Part shown: one piece after another, positions 28,055 through 34,464 of the stretch
How positions within the stretch are numbered: the stretch's first letter is position 1
Layout of the letters: every line of letters starts with the position of its first letter
DNA from: Pseudobacteriovorax sp.
GTDB lineage: Bacteria; Bdellovibrionota_B; Oligoflexia; Oligoflexales; Oligoflexaceae
NCBI GenBank assembly: GCA_050293845.1
Contig: JBNKNM010000042.1
Coordinates: 1-34,464 of the forward strand
Direction: 5' to 3'
Length of the DNA: 34,464 nt
Notes under the pieces: generated by a model
What the model was told of the DNA's origin: nothing
What the model saw: the letters and a program-made list of their open reading frames with translations, nothing else
The model's database searches: none
Translations under genes and position numbers: made by a program

Positions 28055-30355
28055 ATGAATATTTTTAACAAAGCATTAAATTCTCTTTCGATAGGAGTAA
28101 AGATTTCCATTGGCTATGCGTTCATCGTCTTAGTATTCAGCTTCCAAGTAGTTTTGAATTTTGAATCGATGAATAAGATTGCACAAGATTTCAAAGATCT
28201 TACTGCGATCACTGAAAACGCAATTTCCATTCTAAATATTGATAAAGACATTTCAGATCTACAGAAATCAGCCTTAACATACAGTCAAACAGGTAGTCAG
28301 TCCGTATTCGAAAAAATGCAGCTTACTTTCAAAGATATCGAAGAAAAACTATTAAAGGTTCGAGAAAATACGACTCTTTCAGAGAGTAAAGCCCAAATAA
28401 ACAAAATGAATGCTATTACTAAATATTATGGAATAAATTTACATTCACTTCAGGAAAAATTTCATTATCGCAACCAACTTGTTATTAATGAATTACCAAA
28501 AATAATGGACCAAATTACTTTATTCCTGCAAAATATTATACAAGAATATCGTAGTTCAGATGATCTCAAAATATTACAGAATATGCTTATTTATTGGCTT
28601 AAAACTAGAATTAGTGCCATGCTTTTTTTAGAAAACAGAAAGCACACTGATAAACAAAACGTCAATCGTCTTTTAAAAATCATCAAAGATGAGCATAATA
28701 AGTTTTTTAATAGAAAAAATTCAAAAAAAATAATAATCCAAGAAGAAAATTTATTAAATTTACTGGACAGTTTTATTGATATTTTTGACCAATCGATCCA
28801 GGCCAACCGCATATATTTATCATTAGTAAATGTGGTCATGGCAGGAGAAGTCCTGGAGTTTGCCGAACTAGCGAAAATTCTACGCACAAAAAAATTAACC
28901 CATTTAAAGAAAATTGCCTCAGACAATAATCATTCCGTTTCAGAGATCAAGTATTTGTTAGTACTTTCGATACTATTAGCCATACCAATCCTATTTTCTG
29001 TAGCGGTTTTTTTCCACTTTAACATATCAAAAAGTATAAGAGCAATAGCATCTACCTTTTCAAATTTACGAGAAGGAGAAGAAGAGATGTTAATTCCTGA
29101 AATAGAAAGAAATGATGAAATTGGTAAATTAGCTAAAGCAGCTAACGACTATAAGCAGGTGAGCCTGCATTTAAAAAAAGCGAAAATAGAAGCGGAAGAA
29201 TCCGCTAAAGCCAAAGCTGATTTTCTGGCAAATATGAGCCATGAAATTCGAACACCCATGAATGGAATATTAGGAATGGTTTCGATTTTATACGAAACGG
29301 AAACCAATGCAGAGCAAAGAAAAATGCTTGATACGATTTCCTCTTGTGGTGAAGATCTTATGACAATCCTTAACGATATTTTAGATATCAGCAAGATTGA
29401 ATCCGGAAAAATTGTGTTGGAAAATATTCCATTTAGCCTTCAAAAAATGATTTTTGATATAACATTTTTATTCGAGGGAGAAGCAAGAAAAAAAGGGATT
29501 GAGTTTAAAGTATCAAAGCTCTCTCCTGATTTACCTGACTATATCACAGGAGATATAACAAGGTTAAAACAAATTCTTATAAATTTAATTAGTAATGCAA
29601 TAAAATTTACGGAAAAGGGATCAGTAGAATTTATTATTAAATCAACTCCTTGTGATCTAAAAAAACATAAAATATCTTTTGAAGTAAAAGACTCAGGAAT
29701 AGGCATAGATGAAACCGCTCAAGAAAAGCTTTTTTCGGCTTTTTCTCAGGCGGACTCCTCGATCACCAGGAGATATGGAGGCACAGGACTAGGTCTCACC
29801 ATAAGTGCTAAATTAGCACAACTCTTACATAGTAAGATAACGGTTTCAAGCACTATCGGGAAGGGTTCTGTTTTTGGCTTAGAAGTCGAATTTCTGGAAA
29901 TCGATAAACCCTTAGATAACCACATAAGCCTTGAACCTGGAACCAAAGGTAAAATCCTACGAGTTTTACTCGTCGAAGATAATCCGATAAACATAGAATT
30001 AGCTTCGATGATGATTGGAAAGCTTGGTCATCAAATCGAAATAGCAAAGAATGGGTTTGAAGCTGTAAAAAAAGTTGAAAGTATGGAATTTGATATCATT
30101 TTTATGGATATGCAAATGCCTATAATGGATGGCGTCCAAGCTACCGTTGAGATTAAGAAACTTCACGATAAGTCTCACATACCTATAATTGCAATGACTG
30201 CAAATGTAATGAAAGAGGATAGAGAAAGGTGCTATCAAGTTGGAATGATTGATTTTCTAAGCAAACCTATTAGAAAAAAGAATCTATTAGAAATATTTGA
30301 AAAAATTAGTAAGGAATACTATAGTGATCAAATTAAAGTGCAGAGTTTAGGTTGA
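28055..30355 (+). CDS. Hybrid sensor histidine kinase (TM - periplasmic - TM - HAMP - HisKA - HATPase - REC)
   Basis: RNDEIGKLA HAMP, FLANMSHEIRTPMNG H-box, NLISNAIKFT, DSGIG, GGTGLGL, FMDMQMP. Confidence 0.96.
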   Translation: MNIFNKALNSLSIGVKISIGYAFIVLVFSFQVVLNFESMNKIAQDFKDLTAITENAISILNIDKDISDLQKSALTYSQTGSQSVFEKMQLTFKDIEEKLLKVRENTTLSESKAQINKMNAITKYYGINLHSLQEKFHYRNQLVINELPKIMDQITLFLQNIIQEYRSSDDLKILQNMLIYWLKTRISAMLFLENRKHTDKQNVNRLLKIIKDEHNKFFNRKNSKKIIIQEENLLNLLDSFIDIFDQSIQANRIYLSLVNVVMAGEVLEFAELAKILRTKKLTHLKKIASDNNHSVSEIKYLLVLSILLAIPILFSVAVFFHFNISKSIRAIASTFSNLREGEEEMLIPEIERNDEIGKLAKAANDYKQVSLHLKKAKIEAEESAKAKADFLANMSHEIRTPMNGILGMVSILYETETNAEQRKMLDTISSCGEDLMTILNDILDISKIESGKIVLENIPFSLQKMIFDITFLFEGEARKKGIEFKVSKLSPDLPDYITGDITRLKQILINLISNAIKFTEKGSVEFIIKSTPCDLKKHKISFEVKDSGIGIDETAQEKLFSAFSQADSSITRRYGGTGLGLTISAKLAQLLHSKITVSSTIGKGSVFGLEVEFLEIDKPLDNHISLEPGTKGKILRVLLVEDNPINIELASMMIGKLGHQIEIAKNGFEAVKKVESMEFDIIFMDMQMPIMDGVQATVEIKKLHDKSHIPIIAMTANVMKEDRERCYQVGMIDFLSKPIRKKNLLEIFEKISKEYYSDQIKVQSLG

Positions 30356-30357
30356 CT

Positions 30358-30441
30358 ACAAAAAATTTGGAAAGTAAGGAAGAAATTGTTCTCGCCACAA
30401 ATATATTAGATGGTGAAAAACTTAGGGGTGAAGAAAAGTAG
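30358..30441 (+). mobile_element. Possible tiny third IS1634-family transposase fragment
   Basis: Translates as LESKEEIVLATNILDGEKLRGEE, resembling the IS1634 motif KGRFILATN.LD.E.L..EE; begins right after the kinase stop. Confidence 0.45.
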
Positions 30442-30854
30442 GAATAAATTTGGAAAGTATGCTAATAATTAGGGAGTTCGATGAAGAAGCCACAGTTATT
30501 TATGGTTTTACCGATAGCAAAAGCTCAATAGCTAGCCTCGGAGGTGGGAATTTAAAATCTGCGACCGATCTCTCTAATTTTCAAAGATATTTTGACCACC
30601 CACCTGTTTATCTGAACTTTCTTAATGGGAAAGTAGCTATCTAGTCAGGTAATTTCAGTTCAGATTATGTCATAATACAATAGTCATGAAACTTATGTAA
30701 GGGAATTTCCTGATTCGTTTTACCTATCCTAGGGGGTTGAAGGCTGCTTTAAGTTTTTAAAGAACAATACTCTAAAACCTAAAATGACATACTTGATTGC
30801 TGACCTGCGAAGGTATATTTTTAAGGTGTAAACGAGAATTTAGGAGTCAGCAAT

Positions 30855-31340
30855 ATGGAAAAAGCATCAGTTCTTGCAGAAAAAGCGAAAGAATCTATCG
30901 AAAAGTTTAACGACACAGTGAAACTCAAGCTGCATCTAGCATCTATGGATACCAAGGATACTTGGCGCAAGCTTGAAAAGCAAATCAATGCTATTAGTGA
31001 CGATATTCGTACTTTCTCACGGGACATTAAACAGGAAACCGATGAAGCTCGGCTTCAAGGACATCTAGCTTTGATGGATGCAAAGTTACGTTGGGAAGAA
31101 ATTACTGATGATCTTGACCAGTGGGTTACTGCCATCAGTAATAATACCGAGGAAAAAATTGATATCGCACGTTTAAAAATGGTCCTAGCTAAAATGGAAG
31201 CTAAGGAGTTTTTTAGCAAAGCTGAACATGAAGCTAACTTTCACAGTGTAGGACAAAATATTAAGGAAGAATGGTACTCCTTATTATCAAAAATGGATGA
31301 GAGGCTTATTGACTTTATTAATCGCTTTCCTTTGAAGTAA
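30855..31340 (+). CDS. Helical/coiled-coil protein with three internal repeats
   Basis: AGGAG RBS; repeats LKLHLASMDTKDTW / LQGHLALMDAKLRW / LKMVLAKMEAKEFF. Confidence 0.85.
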   Translation: MEKASVLAEKAKESIEKFNDTVKLKLHLASMDTKDTWRKLEKQINAISDDIRTFSRDIKQETDEARLQGHLALMDAKLRWEEITDDLDQWVTAISNNTEEKIDIARLKMVLAKMEAKEFFSKAEHEANFHSVGQNIKEEWYSLLSKMDERLIDFINRFPLK

Positions 31341-31706
31341 CTTTAAAAGAAAGTCGTGCTGCATCTACTTTTTACCAGAACAGCGTCGTCAACAGTTATG
31401 GGGAATATCAAAATCAGAACCACCTAGAAAATATACAGCCTAGGTCGGTTCCTTAGATTGGCTACCCATGTTATTTCACTTCAATGAGTGAAGCTATCAC
31501 AAAGCTTCAACCTAGGGAGCTAGAATAAAGGTGCAATTTGCAAGTAGCACATTGTTTTTTAGGAAAATGCACCATAAGACCTGACTTACCCATGGGGATA
31601 TTAAAGGTGAGCACGATTGTCCCTTAATCAATCAGCTGAAAAACTAGAGATCCTAGTGTATGGCTACGACAAAAAATACTTCTTAAAGCTACATTTAAAA
31701 AAGGAT

Positions 31707-31743
31707 AAAAATAAAAACCATCCAGCTGCTCCAGCAAGATGGC
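31707..31743 (-). terminator. Rho-independent terminator
   Basis: Minus strand GCCATC-TT-GCTG-GAG-CAGC-TG-GATGGT followed by TTTTATTTTT. Confidence 0.6.
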
Positions 31744-32685
31744 TCTTCAACAAGGTACATGAGTAGTTTATGATGCGTAACTACTACCACGAACCTTAAA
31801 TGATATCTAGTACAATTGTGTAACATACAGATATACTAAGATTAAGTTTTTTAGTGCTACCGTTTATGCGATTTACCGCTGTTAGTTTTTACTTTTCCAG
31901 CAAGACTCACACTTTGAAATCTAAATGCAAAAACCTTACTCATGTAGACGGCATTGTCCTCATTTGGGACCTACCTTTTTGAATCATTTTGTAACACTAA
32001 ATGCGAGGCCCTCCAAGTTGATGAAAGAACTGGGATTCCTTAGTTTATTCTCATAGCTAGAGCAGAAACCAATAGGTTGATCGGTATTAATATCGCTCCC
32101 TATTTAAAGGGAGGACTTTTCAAATACCATAACACCACTCAAGGAGTATTCAAAAATGGTATTCACGCTTCAACTTTTAGCTCCTCAAACTCCGACTGAG
32201 TTCTACACATCTGCATCTTGTTGTATTGGCCTTTGCAACTCCCTTCTGTTAATTCCCAGCTCGATAATGCTGAATACCAATCTTGCATTGAACCATGTGT
32301 AACTTTTTCCATTATTATAGGAGTCTGGCAACTATGAAAAGGTTTTGGAAACACAGGACACTTCAAAATAGACTTACAGTTAGGTTTATATTTAAAAGTC
32401 CCAAAACAGAATTTTTAGAGCTGGCGATATTATAGCATTATGGGCCAAATTTCCGTGGAGTCAATGAATGGAAAAGCAAATATTAGCTGTTCTGATTCGA
32501 CATTATGTAACCCATAAAGGCACATTATAAAGGCAAAGTAAATGATCCAACCGTTCCAAGATAAATATAACCACCCAACTGAAATCGTTAATCATTTTTT
32601 ACTACACGATATATTCTATTGTCTCCCTTATGAATTTTCTTTACAACCATCCTGCTCATTTGATCAGAACTCTACGCAGGGAACT

Positions 32686-34464
32686 ATGTCATCTTCAATT
32701 GAAAAGAACTTTTTCCGCGGGAACCATACTGACATTCTAGATCAGTTCTACGACACTATGGATGTGGAACTTGATGCATCTTTGGCGGTATGGGTTATTG
32801 GATCACTAGCTTTTTTGGGTCGGATGAAAGAGGCCGATACATTGCTTAAGGTTCACAGCCCCCAAATGGAATCAATACAAAGCTGTGCTAGCTGGTTCTT
32901 CCTGATAACAGGACACCTTCGTAACAATCACCCAGAAGATGCAAAATTTTACCTTTGTCAATTTAAGACAGTCAAACAGACAACTGCTTTGCAAAAATTC
33001 TATTGGTATCAAAGCCTTGGATTCTATCACTTCATGAGTGGCTACTTCCGACTTGCAGAAAAGTATGCTGAAAAAGCCTATCTTCAGGCTGTAGCTGTAG
33101 GCTTTTTTTATGGGCGCGCCATATCTCTTGATCTGCAAGGGCATTCCCTGGTTGTTATGGGGGAAGTCCATAGAGGTATAGAGTCAATCACGCGAGCTAA
33201 GAAGTATTTTAATCAGTTAAATAATAGCCAGAATGCTGGCGTTATCAACCGAGCTATTAATAATTATAGAGAGCGCTATTTTGTAATCGAGCCTGAAGAA
33301 GACTCCGAAGACCCCATAGGTGAGCTTGACCAAAACAACTTCAGCCAAAGCTTTGCCCTGCTCACAAAAACCCGATTGCAATGCCTGAGAGGGAGAGTAA
33401 AACTAGCTAGAAATACCCTTACCTCCGTCCAGAAGGTAGTAGACATCCGGCATCCGGGGTATGAAAGGTCGTTAAGGTTCCGTAAAGCCTATATCGAGTG
33501 GTGTGAAGGCCAATATCTTAAAGCTTTGGAAACTATCGCCTCATTAAGCTCCCACCTTTCCCAGCTAGACCCACAGTTACAATCCCAGATTATAGGGCTT
33601 GAATGCAAAATAAAAAAATCTCTTGGCCAACCCATCGCCTCAGATCGCATCAAACGTCTAGAAACCTTAGCCCGTCAAACTAGTTTTATTATTTCAAAAC
33701 GCATAGCCAAACGCAGTTTTGGCGTCTCTTTTGAAATTTACCATGGCAGAGATCCCTTAGGGGATTGGATCGATAGAATTCATGATAAACACCTCACCAA
33801 AGAGGAGAAAGTTTGCCTGGCCATTGATAGTGGTTATCTTGGTTTTTTATATGATATTCTAGAAATCCCCCGACACCTACGAAGCATTTGTTTAAACCCG
33901 GTTCCTGGTATTCTTATCTTTTTTGACAAGGGCGATGTGCGCTTTCATCGTTTTCACAGTACAAACCAATTGGTATTGAAGCTTTTTCAAGCTTTTGGTA
34001 AAAGCAAACGCTTATCCAAGCAGCAAGTCATCGAAGAACTGTGGGGATACAACTATAACCCTTTGAAACATGATGCACTGATTTATGACTTGATTGCCAG
34101 AGCTAGAGCCTTACTAAAATCTGAAGGAAGTGATTGGATCAGCCCCGATGATGATGGTTATAGGCTCGACCATGAGTGGCACATTGTTGAATTTTTGGTA
34201 AAAATCAAGGAACGCGACCCCTTACCAGAGGCTTCCCCAGGAAACTCTATGCTGACAAACCTTAATCAAAGACAATTGAAGTTTATAAGGTATCTAGAGA
34301 AACATAATCAGATTAATGCCAAAACCTGCTTGGAGTTATTTGAAGGTGTTACCAGAATTACAGTTTCGAGAGATTTAGCAAGCCTCTGCGAAATGGGGAT
34401 TCTTGATCGTCGAGGTCGCGGTAAATCTACATTTTATATTCTAAATAATACCCCAAAATCTTAA
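32686..34464 (+). CDS. Transcriptional regulator: TPR-like N-terminus, OmpR-type winged helix, C-terminal DeoR-like HTH
   Basis: TPR-like helices; LSKQQVIEELWGYNY...IARARALL..GYRL; LNQRQ...VTRITVSRDLASL..GRGKSTFY; ATG 32686 with AGGGA RBS (ORF is open from 32542). Confidence 0.8.
   Translation: MSSSIEKNFFRGNHTDILDQFYDTMDVELDASLAVWVIGSLAFLGRMKEADTLLKVHSPQMESIQSCASWFFLITGHLRNNHPEDAKFYLCQFKTVKQTTALQKFYWYQSLGFYHFMSGYFRLAEKYAEKAYLQAVAVGFFYGRAISLDLQGHSLVVMGEVHRGIESITRAKKYFNQLNNSQNAGVINRAINNYRERYFVIEPEEDSEDPIGELDQNNFSQSFALLTKTRLQCLRGRVKLARNTLTSVQKVVDIRHPGYERSLRFRKAYIEWCEGQYLKALETIASLSSHLSQLDPQLQSQIIGLECKIKKSLGQPIASDRIKRLETLARQTSFIISKRIAKRSFGVSFEIYHGRDPLGDWIDRIHDKHLTKEEKVCLAIDSGYLGFLYDILEIPRHLRSICLNPVPGILIFFDKGDVRFHRFHSTNQLVLKLFQAFGKSKRLSKQQVIEELWGYNYNPLKHDALIYDLIARARALLKSEGSDWISPDDDGYRLDHEWHIVEFLVKIKERDPLPEASPGNSMLTNLNQRQLKFIRYLEKHNQINAKTCLELFEGVTRITVSRDLASLCEMGILDRRGRGKSTFYILNNTPKS

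Noticed and set aside
30450..30644. 64-aa ORF downstream of the kinase
   Set aside because: TTG start, no motif, next to a probable IS scar; cannot be supported as a gene
665..33171. Many short shadow ORFs in the track (e.g. 665-979, 2412-2849, 11766-12122, 28591-28926, 32872-33171)
   Set aside because: They lie antisense or out of frame within well-supported genes and have no motifs

Overview
AT-rich bacterial DNA with no rRNA, tRNA or CRISPR array. The gene families (DUF4360, DUF4421, TPR-wHTH-HTH regulator) and recurrent sigma28-type promoters suggest Bdellovibrionota/Oligoflexia (inference only). Bases 1-14 kb are mostly ordinary accessory genes: a GGDEF diguanylate cyclase, type II NADH dehydrogenase, a class C beta-lactamase-like serine hydrolase with a small partner gene, outer-membrane/secreted proteins, an orphan solute-binding protein, a MarR operon (sterol desaturase, MarR, methyltransferase, exported nucleoside hydrolase) and an MDR oxidoreductase. 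The notable part is ~14.1-30.4 kb, an island marked by three decayed IS1634-family transposase relics. It carries (i) a type I secretion-like operon (TolC, two ABC transporters, short HlyD) in which BOTH ABC ATPase domains lack the Walker A Lys, Walker B Glu, Q-loop Gln, LSGGQ signature and switch His, yet are intact ORFs; (ii) an acidic, Cys-free repeat protein that is the candidate cargo, whose stop codon comes from a duplicated 79-bp piece of the neighbouring cheC; (iii) a phosphorelay (hybrid kinase, Hpt, three receiver proteins, CheC-like phosphatase) with no DNA-binding output; and (iv) a Tat-exported solute-binding protein split by a +1 frameshift in an A9 tract. All calls come from reading motifs by eye. 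No database search was run.
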